From assembly GCA_000004985.1 (NCBI GenBank), contig GG738920.1: a stretch of 64,000 nt of DNA; one strand, written 5' to 3'. Made by a program: the position numbers and the translations under genes. The stretch is from Naegleria gruberi. Its lineage: Eukaryota. Below, piece by piece: positions 1-8,733 of this stretch; positions within the stretch are counted from its first letter, which is position 1; each line of letters starts with the position of its first letter. Below the pieces are notes generated by a model, which saw only the letters and a program-made list of their open reading frames with translations, had not been told where the DNA came from and ran no database searches.

Positions 1-3000
1 AAATTCAGTAGCACTTCTTCCAAATATTTCAGGAGTGTACATTTCTTCTGCCTTCACACCTGGGATAACAAATGAACCGATTGAGGTAGCTCTAGCAATG
101 TAGGTAAATTCGTGAGTGCCTTCCCATAACAATGAGCTAAATGCCTCAACTCTCTCATCTCTAATGTTGTGGTGTTCATACCAAATTGGATTAAACCACC
201 AACACCACCAACCGTTTGATCTACTATTGGTTCCACTTCCACTTACAGTAGCAATATCTGGAGTTCCTTTCAATTCTGGATTGATTGGTTCAAGACCAGC
301 AGGTAAAAAGTCAACTAATGCAACGTGATATCTACGACTGGTATTGGTCATGGTCAACTTGATACGAACCAATTCTCCAGCCTTAAATCTCCAAGTGTTT
401 CTTTCTCTATCAAATGTAACATGAGAAGAATCAGTCACGTGTTCATAAGTTCTTTGAACTTCAAATCCATAATCCAATGCATCAACAAGCAAGTTCTTTG
501 GAGCATATTCCATTCCAATTCTGTAATATAATCTTCCAGGTCCATGCTTGGAAATAGCAAGTGTCTTTTGACCATTCTCTAATAAACTCATTGGAATGCT
601 CAATTGGTTTTCATCCTTGGATCTTCCCTTGAAAACTTGCTCTCCACAATAATCTTCACCTAGCCACATGTTGGCAACAAAATCTGGTGTCACACCTTCG
701 AATACGTTAAAGTATGTATTAAGGGAAAGAAGGATGAAAACATTTTCTTGAGTATTTTCCCATCTACCTTTCTTTCTATGAGCCAGTAAGCCCTTGACAA
801 TCTTTGGAATAATATAATTTTGAGGAGTAATATTAATAAGAGCTTCTAAGCAAATACCATCAGTTCTACGATTGCTGTGCAACATGACATGTTTAGTGGC
901 CATTGCATCACCATAGCTTGTGATAAAGTTTGCTGTTTGAGCAGTTTCATTCACATGCTTATTCAAATGTTCAATGATTTGATTAACAGAAGTAGTGGCT
1001 CTCTTATTATTTGATAAATATATGGCAGTAGCCAACCAAGCTAAATGTTCAAAATTACCTGAAAGTTTGTAAGTTTGATAAAGTTTTTCAGCTAAATTCT
1101 TTGCCTCAGAATCATCTAACAATGCCAAAGCATAGTAGGCATATGCCTTGAGTGATTTGATAGTCTCCTCAGAGTAGTTCTCACAATAACTTTCAATACT
1201 TCTCAATACTGGAACCAATTTTGAGAGAGTGGATTCATTCACTGAATATCCTGCAAGCCTGGCTCTAGCAAGGGAATGACCGACGTGGCATGTAACGTAT
1301 GGACTGATACGATGATCCACTCCATTAAATGACCAGTAGCTGAATCCACCATTTGGATATTGTCTTGTTGATAATTGTCTGAGTCCTTGATTAATATTTT
1401 CATCAAGGTTTTCCTTTGTTGGAAGCTCTTGTAATTTGAAAGCAAGAAGAATATCTTTAAGAGCTAAAATTGATAATAATCTACTAGAAATTTGTTCAGA
1501 GCATGCGAAAGGATAATTGTACAAATAAAGGAAACTGTCAGTGAGTGAAGACAATGCAGTAGAGCTGGTTGAAATCTTGAGACCTCCAAATTGTGTGAAA
1601 ACATCTTGAGGAGCCTTTACAGGTTGGAACACTGAGCTATCACCATCCATTTCACCATAAGTTGCAAATGCTTCAGTTGTGGCTGGAGTAAATACTCTGA
1701 TTTCTTTTTCAACAGCATCAGAGAAGTTTACACCAGAAGTGGCGATAGAGACACCAACTTGGAATCTGGCCACACCCACCCTATCAGTAGTCATGGGGAA
1801 TCTCAATTCAGCCCTTCCTAAAGCTGGTATTCTAATCTTGAGTCCTTTCTTTGAGGTATCCAACAAGTTCAAATTGGTAAAGTTAATAGCAGCATGTACC
1901 TCCAAACTTAATTGGGTTTGATTTTGTAAAACACATGTAAATTCTGCTCTATCGCCAAAGTTCAAGAAACGAGGTAGGGATGGTCTGATTGACAATGGAA
2001 GTTGAGCAATCATAGATGATTCATGAATTCCAAAATTCCAATCTCCCTTAACAGCCACAGCTGTGATTCTGTACTTGGTAAGATTATCAGGAAGTTTAAA
2101 TTTAACAGAGGCCACTCCTTCAGAGTTTGTCTTGTTGGTTGGGCTAAAGATGGCAAGAGGATTGAAATTAGATCTCACTACAATCTTTGGTTGTTTGGAT
2201 AGTTTAGCTCCTCCTCCACCAAATCCACCTACACAACCATCACCACAACATGCACATTGGCAACAAAGGTCGTCACAACAACAGCATTCATTCATACAAT
2301 CTTCAAAACAACAATTAGCGCAAGAACTGCATGCTCTAGCAAAGCGACAACAGTTAGTAGGACTTCGCATTAACGGTAGTTCCTCTTGGAAAACAATACC
2401 ATCATAGCTCTTAACAAAAACATTATTTCTGATGGAATAAGTTTGATAATAGCTGCTGTATTCTCTAACAAATGTATCTAGAGGATTAGCAATGGTGTGG
2501 CCAGTTAATGACAATACAGCTTCATCCACAGCAATGATACAAACTTCACATCCTTCTAAAGGTTTACCAGTTATTGGATCCTTAACAATGACATCAATGC
2601 TAGTTTCGCTTCCAGGTGTCAAATATTCCCTTTCAGGCTTGGATTCAACAGATAAGGTTCTGGAAATCTTTGAAACCTTAATCATACATTCACCACTTGC
2701 AAAAGCAGGTTGTTTTGGTAAATCCTCAAGAACATTACCTATAGCATCAACCCTTGATTCGCAACCAGTAACTTCAGCACTGACGAAAATATTTGGAATA
2801 TGGTCAGAAGTAATGTCAAGTTCAAATTCAATATAGCCAGGCTCACCATCAATTTGAATAGGATGTTGGCTATGTATTCCATGAAGTCTTGTGAATAAAA
2901 CACCTTCACACCTTGTTTCAAAAGGAGATTGAATTAAAATCTTAGCCTTTTCTCCAATTTGATATTCAGTCTTGTCTGGAAGTAGAGTGAGTTGTTTCTT

Positions 3001-5913
3001 TGTAATATTCTTTCCAAGTTTTTGCTCCCTCACAGAAGCACCTGTAATGTACAAGCTTGTTGAAGAGTTATTAGTTTGGCCTGTTTCAGAATCAACAATA
3101 TCAACAGAGAAATAATAGATACCACCATTTCCAAACTTTAAAGGAACGTCAACAGCTTCCTTTCCTGAAGTGAAAACTTCATCAACAATTTCAATAGTTT
3201 CCGAAACAAATTTGTATCCCTTCTTTACCTGTACATTGGTGGTTACTTTCAATTTCATTGGAATACCAGAAACCAATTTTCCATCAATGTCAGAAACAAT
3301 TAGAGAAGCAGTTATTGGAATGTTTGGTTTGGCGAATTGTTTGCTCAACTTGATTCCACAATAATATTTACAAGGGTGAACAAGGAAGGAAGTAGATGAA
3401 GAAATGGTTTGTCTATTGATATCTTGTACAGTTGCCTCCACTGAGATGGTAACTGGTGTCTTTACCAAACGATCACTTTCATCAAAGGCAATAGCAACTT
3501 GATGCTCACCATTAACATCTGTAGTACCTTCAAAGCTTGTAACATCAAGAGCTGATCCACTTGGGAATAAATAATTTGCTACAGAGGAACCTCCAAAATT
3601 GTATGAGGATTGGTTTGGAGGAACATAACTACTACTGGTTTGTTTGATAGAATAAGAGCATTTAGCTCCTGAGATTCCTCCTCCACTATAGTAAGTAGCA
3701 TTAGTGGTACAAAGAGCAGAACCACCAACAATGTAGTTTCCAGCAGGTACTGAAGATTTAGATTTGAACTCTGGTGTTCTAAATTCTTGAACTTGGAATT
3801 GATGGAAGGCAGAGAACCCATCTAATGAGATGGAGTGACTTCCCAAGTTGGCATTATCAGGAACTTTGAATTGAATATCAAAAGTACCATCTTCACTCAG
3901 AGTTACATTACCAGAATGATACTTTTGACCTCTCGCATCCAAGACTGTGAAAGTAGAACTAGTTTTTGGTATTTCAATCTTTTCAACATTGTCAATCAAA
4001 TTGAAGTTTCTTACATAACCCTTGATGGAAACTGTTTCATTAGGCTTGTAAAGTCCTCTATCGTTGAACATGCAAGCAACAGTTTGTGGTTGATATGGAT
4101 TGTAATAGTGATAAATATCTGGAATGAAGCATGTATCTTGACCTTGAGTGGCAATAGCCTTCACATATGCTCCATATTGTTGTTCATGACCAATATTACG
4201 TATACAACCAATACCAGTTGATGAGTTAGGTGTATTTGGGGAATGATTGTTGAATTTGAAGGTTACATTATCCTTAATAATACTTCCATCCAACAATGAG
4301 TTAACCCAATAGTATACACTTGATGAACTTGTGTCAAAAACACAATCAACAGAAATTTTGGTTGCTTGAATCCAAGATGTGAAACCAGGTCTTTGATTCC
4401 ACTCACCCTTCCAGCTACTTTTTTCTGGCTCAACAATAACAAGCAATTGACCAATATTTTCAGATGGATACTGAAGATAGGAATGAAGATTGATTTCAGT
4501 CTCCACTGGTTCGTCAATTTCTCCCTTTGTTGAAATGACACTATCACAAACCAATTTACCAGGATATTGAATAGTTGAATAGGTGTTATGATGAAGAATA
4601 GATGAAGAATACATATTTGGTTGGACTTGATAAACACTCAAATGTACAGAATCCAAATTTACAGTAACAATTGGGTAGGTTGGAGTTGGATTCAAAGTTG
4701 GATCTAAAACAATCACACCAGTCTTGAATGCTTGGAGTGATTGACGTGCACTTTTAACAGTAAATTCTACAGTGGTGTCTGGAAGGATTTGACCCCAAAC
4801 ATCAACCAAATTCTTCAAGAAAACCTTATAAGTAGTTCTTCCTTTGATTTTACCAGAAACACTGATAGTGCATCCGTATGGATTTAATTCCATTCTTTCT
4901 ACTGGTGGTGAAACAGTTACCATACTTTCTGTTAATTTTTCCAAATCAATATTTGTTGTAAAATTCAATCCAAAAGCCTGCATTGGTAGCTCACCACCGT
5001 GTTTTCTTTCAAACTTGAAAGCTGGATAATTCTTGACTTGATTGCTTACATCCTTTTGTGTTGGTAATGGACCTTCTGACCCAGTAACTCCACTCTTGAC
5101 AACTACTTGAGAGGAGAGACCAAGTTTGTGACTAGTGGTAAACCACAAATGTCTTCCATCTGGAGCATGTTTGAGTTTTTGTTCGTAAAACGAATGAATG
5201 CTCCTATCTCTCTTCTCCAATTCATAATCTTTCAAAACTTTAACAATGTGCTCCTCAACGAGAGGATTCGAAGACTTTCCATCATGAATCAAATTGGCAC
5301 TTTGATTATCGATAGTAATAAATTTGATCACTTCACTTGGATTAATTTCTTGATCAAACTCACAATAGTAAATTGGTACTTCGTTGAGAGGATGAGCTTG
5401 TTGGTTTGGGAAAAATTGCTTTACATATAATCTTGGAGTTTCAAAACTAAATGTCAAATCTTCCTTCAAAGTTCCTCCAATTTCTGATTTGGTACCCTTC
5501 TTGACAGTAACTGTATACTTGGTAGACATGTCAAATCTGTAATTAGCTTCATAAATTAAAGTTTTTGTTCCCAACCACTTGAATTTTCCTCCCTTCTTTG
5601 GGAGTGGTGAAATTTCTACTGGAATATTATGACTTTCTACTTCTGCAACACCACTCACAGGAACCATTGGTTGAGAGAAGGTAATAGTCACAGATGGAAC
5701 TGATCTATCCAAAACACCTTCTGGTGAATAACGAAGCACACTCAAATCAGATCCTAACAACTTTGCCTCCTCTTCAATCAATTCCTTTGGTTTTTCCAAA
5801 CTTATTTCAGGTGGAAATGGAACACTATTAATCTCGGCAGTAATTGGTGCCTTCAATGATTTTTCTCTAATGAGAACAATAATTAGATAGAATTTTCCGA
5901 TTATTATTATCAT
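1..5913 (-). CDS. Alpha-2-macroglobulin-family thioester-containing protein. The N-terminal 1971 codons lie in the window and the gene continues past the 5' edge. It has a signal-peptide-like N-terminus (MIIIIGKFYLIIVLI...).
   Basis: Hand translation of the minus strand from the ATG at 5913..5911 is open to position 1. Both ends are in frame (5913 = 3 x 1971). It shows the A2M/bait-region signature (IVVRSNFNPLAIF...LPDNLTKYRITAVAV...PRFLNFGDRAEF). It has a thioester-like motif, PFACSEQ (Cys codon about 1501-1503), and a TED-like helical region. The C-terminus has a receptor-binding-like motif (LVDFLPAGLEPINPEL). The ORF track misses it because it runs off the window edge. Confidence 0.7.
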   Translation of the reverse strand, partial: MIIIIGKFYLIIVLIREKSLKAPITAEINSVPFPPEISLEKPKELIEEEAKLLGSDLSVLRYSPEGVLDRSVPSVTITFSQPMVPVSGVAEVESHNIPVEISPLPKKGGKFKWLGTKTLIYEANYRFDMSTKYTVTVKKGTKSEIGGTLKEDLTFSFETPRLYVKQFFPNQQAHPLNEVPIYYCEFDQEINPSEVIKFITIDNQSANLIHDGKSSNPLVEEHIVKVLKDYELEKRDRSIHSFYEQKLKHAPDGRHLWFTTSHKLGLSSQVVVKSGVTGSEGPLPTQKDVSNQVKNYPAFKFERKHGGELPMQAFGLNFTTNIDLEKLTESMVTVSPPVERMELNPYGCTISVSGKIKGRTTYKVFLKNLVDVWGQILPDTTVEFTVKSARQSLQAFKTGVIVLDPTLNPTPTYPIVTVNLDSVHLSVYQVQPNMYSSSILHHNTYSTIQYPGKLVCDSVISTKGEIDEPVETEINLHSYLQYPSENIGQLLVIVEPEKSSWKGEWNQRPGFTSWIQATKISVDCVFDTSSSSVYYWVNSLLDGSIIKDNVTFKFNNHSPNTPNSSTGIGCIRNIGHEQQYGAYVKAIATQGQDTCFIPDIYHYYNPYQPQTVACMFNDRGLYKPNETVSIKGYVRNFNLIDNVEKIEIPKTSSTFTVLDARGQKYHSGNVTLSEDGTFDIQFKVPDNANLGSHSISLDGFSAFHQFQVQEFRTPEFKSKSSVPAGNYIVGGSALCTTNATYYSGGGISGAKCSYSIKQTSSSYVPPNQSSYNFGGSSVANYLFPSGSALDVTSFEGTTDVNGEHQVAIAFDESDRLVKTPVTISVEATVQDINRQTISSSTSFLVHPCKYYCGIKLSKQFAKPNIPITASLIVSDIDGKLVSGIPMKLKVTTNVQVKKGYKFVSETIEIVDEVFTSGKEAVDVPLKFGNGGIYYFSVDIVDSETGQTNNSSTSLYITGASVREQKLGKNITKKQLTLLPDKTEYQIGEKAKILIQSPFETRCEGVLFTRLHGIHSQHPIQIDGEPGYIEFELDITSDHIPNIFVSAEVTGCESRVDAIGNVLEDLPKQPAFASGECMIKVSKISRTLSVESKPEREYLTPGSETSIDVIVKDPITGKPLEGCEVCIIAVDEAVLSLTGHTIANPLDTFVREYSSYYQTYSIRNNVFVKSYDGIVFQEELPLMRSPTNCCRFARACSSCANCCFEDCMNECCCCDDLCCQCACCGDGCVGGFGGGGAKLSKQPKIVVRSNFNPLAIFSPTNKTNSEGVASVKFKLPDNLTKYRITAVAVKGDWNFGIHESSMIAQLPLSIRPSLPRFLNFGDRAEFTCVLQNQTQLSLEVHAAINFTNLNLLDTSKKGLKIRIPALGRAELRFPMTTDRVGVARFQVGVSIATSGVNFSDAVEKEIRVFTPATTEAFATYGEMDGDSSVFQPVKAPQDVFTQFGGLKISTSSTALSSLTDSFLYLYNYPFACSEQISSRLLSILALKDILLAFKLQELPTKENLDENINQGLRQLSTRQYPNGGFSYWSFNGVDHRISPYVTCHVGHSLARARLAGYSVNESTLSKLVPVLRSIESYCENYSEETIKSLKAYAYYALALLDDSEAKNLAEKLYQTYKLSGNFEHLAWLATAIYLSNNKRATTSVNQIIEHLNKHVNETAQTANFITSYGDAMATKHVMLHSNRRTDGICLEALINITPQNYIIPKIVKGLLAHRKKGRWENTQENVFILLSLNTYFNVFEGVTPDFVANMWLGEDYCGEQVFKGRSKDENQLSIPMSLLENGQKTLAISKHGPGRLYYRIGMEYAPKNLLVDALDYGFEVQRTYEHVTDSSHVTFDRERNTWRFKAGELVRIKLTMTNTSRRYHVALVDFLPAGLEPINPELKGTPDIATVSGSGTNSRSNGWWCWWFNPIWYEHHNIRDERVEAFSSLLWEGTHEFTYIARATSIGSFVIPGVKAEEMYTPEIFGRSATEF

Positions 5914-5924
5914 GATGTTAATCG

Positions 5925-6218
5925 TCACACAAAATTTAAAAACACAAACCTCATGAAGAAATCCTTTTGATCACCACCTTCTGATTTTACATTCGGAAGT
6001 CTACTCAGTAATCTCTGAGTTTCCTCCTCTGACAAACCCTCAATGGTTGCCGATAAATTGCTACTTGATTCATTGCTACAACTCTTTCCTTCCATCATGA
6101 TCAATGATCGGGTTGTATCCTCTGCAGTAGGCTCTCTAACACTCAACTTTAATGCACCACCCAATGATGCACTTTCAAGTTCATTGTCAAGCAATTGCTC
6201 GAGATCATATCTAACCAT
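5925..6218 (-). CDS. Small acidic hypothetical ORF (97 aa) just upstream of the A2M gene. It may be spurious or part of a 5' leader.
   Basis: An ATG-initiated ORF in the track with low-complexity acidic/Ser-rich composition. I see no recognisable motif. Confidence 0.15.
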   Translation of the reverse strand: MVRYDLEQLLDNELESASLGGALKLSVREPTAEDTTRSLIMMEGKSCSNESSSNLSATIEGLSEEETQRLLSRLPNVKSEGGDQKDFFMRFVFLNFV

Positions 6219-6439
6219 TTTTTTCTGATGATTTTTGTTTAAAAAATTAAGCTAGCAGCTTTTTAACAATTTTCTTGCAAGATCTCTGAACTCATTGTTA
6301 CCAGAACTGTTGAGGGGTTCAACGAAAAGGAAGTGACGAAGCGTTGGCCAATATGATTGGATATTCCGATAATTTTGAGAGGTTACCTTTGGATACATGC
6401 TATGGTTGAAGGAAACACTGTTAAAAAAGTATGAATCAT

Positions 6440-7861
6440 CTATTTAATTGAGATATATAGGAGTGTGGTGAATGACAGCAAGATGAAAGCTAATCCAATT
6501 AATTTTCTCAATCCTTTTGTATTATCAAGAGAAGGTGTTGACAACTTGGTATTAGTTTCGGCTAATGGAGTAGTGGATACTTCTTTGATTTCCTTTGGAT
6601 GCTCCTCTTGTTCAATAATATTATTATCCCAAATTAGAAGATCCGTTAATTGTTTCATTTCTTTGATATATTTGGCTCCTTGGTTGCCAATAATATTAAC
6701 ACTAATATCAAGTGCGTTTAATTGTGACATTTCACTTATGTATTTGGCTCCTTTCTCATCAATGTGATTTTCACTTATATCGAGCTCAGTTAATTTCTCG
6801 AGTTTGGATATATATTTGGCTCCCTCTCCCCTAATATTATTTTTCCATAAAGTGAGAATTGTTAATTGTTTCATATTACCAATGTATTTGGCTCCTTCCT
6901 CTCCAATATTATTGTCACTAACATCAAGATTAGTTAATTGTTTCATCTCAGAAATGTATTTTGCTCCATTGTCACCAATATTATTGCTACTGATATCGAT
7001 TTCAGTTAGTTTATCAAGGCCAGTTAAGAATTTGACTCCTTCTGCTGTTAATTCATTCCTCCAAATGTTAATACCAGTCAATTGTTTCATTTTTCCTAAG
7101 AATTTGGCCCCCTCATCTCCTATATTATTGTCATGAATTCGTAGATAGGTTAATTGATTCATACCACTAATATATTTGGTACTATCATCATATAGCATAT
7201 TACTACTGATATTAAGATCAGTCAATTTATCCAGTTTGGAAATGTGTTTGATACCTTCTGAGCTAATACCACAATAAAAGATACAAAGATCTAACAATTG
7301 TGTCATTTCTCCTATGAGTTTGGCTCCCTCATCTCCAATACTATTTTGCCCAATATTAAGATGGGTCAATTGCTTCATTTCAACAATGTACTTTACCCCA
7401 TCCAATCCAATATTATTTTCACTAACATTAAGATGAGTCAATTGTTTCATTCCACTAATATATTTTACTCCTTCATTTCCAATATTATTACCCAACATAT
7501 TGAGAATAGCCAAATACTGCATTTCACTTATGTATTTAGCTCCCTCCTCATCGATATTATTTCCATCAATATCCAATTGAGTTAATTGTTTCAGCAAACC
7601 AAGTTTTTTACAATCAAAAAGAGGATCACTTTGCTCTACTTGTAGAGTTGTAACACGTTCCAATAATTGGCCTTGTATTTTCTGGTAACTTTTAATGGAT
7701 AGTGAAAGTTTTGATCTTTCCGATATGACCTTGAACCACTGTTTCGAAACCAATACACAATTGAGTACTATGGACATGTTTACAAATGTTAAATCTTCGT
7801 GAAGGAAAGAAAATATTTCCTCTAGAATGTCATCAGGAAAGTAGACTTGCAGTTTATTCAT
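6440..7861 (-). CDS. F-box-like protein with ribonuclease-inhibitor-type leucine-rich repeats (about 16 x 24-aa NNIGDEGAKYIxxMKQLT units) and a C-terminal hydrophobic anchor.
   Basis: The ORF at 6440..7954 uses a TTG as 'M'. The first ATG is at 7861 (MNKLQVYFPDDILEEIFSFL, F-box-like). There are regular 72-nt/24-aa LRR units. The C-terminus reads LIGLAFILLSFTTLLYISIK. Confidence 0.6.
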   Translation of the reverse strand: MNKLQVYFPDDILEEIFSFLHEDLTFVNMSIVLNCVLVSKQWFKVISERSKLSLSIKSYQKIQGQLLERVTTLQVEQSDPLFDCKKLGLLKQLTQLDIDGNNIDEEGAKYISEMQYLAILNMLGNNIGNEGVKYISGMKQLTHLNVSENNIGLDGVKYIVEMKQLTHLNIGQNSIGDEGAKLIGEMTQLLDLCIFYCGISSEGIKHISKLDKLTDLNISSNMLYDDSTKYISGMNQLTYLRIHDNNIGDEGAKFLGKMKQLTGINIWRNELTAEGVKFLTGLDKLTEIDISSNNIGDNGAKYISEMKQLTNLDVSDNNIGEEGAKYIGNMKQLTILTLWKNNIRGEGAKYISKLEKLTELDISENHIDEKGAKYISEMSQLNALDISVNIIGNQGAKYIKEMKQLTDLLIWDNNIIEQEEHPKEIKEVSTTPLAETNTKLSTPSLDNTKGLRKLIGLAFILLSFTTLLYISIK

Positions 7862-8000
7862 TTTTTTAATAATAAAATTAATAGTTTCTGTTAAATATAT
7901 AATCAAATTAGAATATGCACCGTTGTAATATATTGTTCTGCCAAATTCCACCAATGTTAAATAATTAATGAGTCAATTTCGATGGAATTGTTCTTAATTA

Positions 8001-8327
8001 CTAATCAAAAACTTGTCTAGAATTATAAAATCCATCTTTTGGATGATTTCTATGCCATTTCTTATGATTCGTATCCGTTGAGTTTCTCTTTCTAATATCC
8101 TTCATTTGATTCTTTAGTAGGGTTTCGTATTTAAGAGCAGAAATTAGCTCCAATCTTTGATATCGATCAGCATTATTGTAATTATCAAATTGTGACACTT
8201 TGGATTGTTCATTGGTGATTAGAAATTTGTGCTTTCCTCCCTTGTATTTGTGTTCAGTGTTGATTTTTTCAACTTTTGGAGTTGTGTGGTATCTGACCTT
8301 TCCTGTTCTAAAGTGTCTTTTTGGCAT
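8001..8327 (-). CDS. Small, highly basic hypothetical protein (108 aa, Lys/Arg/His-rich).
   Basis: An ATG-initiated ORF (ATG at 8327..8325). The basic composition suggests a nucleic-acid-binding or nucleolar protein. I recognise no family. Confidence 0.3.
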   Translation of the reverse strand: MPKRHFRTGKVRYHTTPKVEKINTEHKYKGGKHKFLITNEQSKVSQFDNYNNADRYQRLELISALKYETLLKNQMKDIRKRNSTDTNHKKWHRNHPKDGFYNSRQVFD

Positions 8328-8733
8328 TTTTTGAGTTTTAAAACAACAGTATTCGATAGTTCACTAAAATATTATTATAATAATATTTTAATAATAAGAG
8401 CAAGGAACTTGGAACTAGCTTTAATTTTATCAAAATCTAAATTAATTGTTGTTACTATTATGCTTCCATTTATTATTGTATCAACGTAGTTTTACTGACC
8501 TTTTTTGCAAGTTTCGTCTCACTAGAATCACGAGTAAGGACATTTTTCCATTCCCCAGTGATCATATGAATGGAATGTTATGACCTCTAAACTACCTTTA
8601 CATTATTGTAAAGAATATTAAGGCCATTTGACAAAGCTCCTTTTAGACAAAAGAAACTTCATTTTCCCTCCAAAAGTCTACAAATATTTGGCGCCAAAAT
8701 CAAAAAATTCAATCACAAAAAAATACATGAACT

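Noticed and set aside
116-5430. Many 60-130-aa plus-strand ORFs in the track within the first 5.9 kb (for example 2063..2407, 2492..2836, 3835..4221, 5107..5430).
   Set aside because: They are antisense to the continuous 1971-codon A2M-family reading frame on the minus strand. They are low complexity with no motifs, and several start at GTG/TTG. I judge them spurious.
5856-5936. A possible GTTTGT...TTAG intron joining the small ORF at 5925..6218 to the A2M gene.
   Set aside because: The junction is in frame, but a direct ATG at 5913 gives a classical hydrophobic signal peptide (MIIIIGKFYLIIVLI) appropriate for a secreted A2M. The intron model is not needed. I kept it as the lower-probability alternative.
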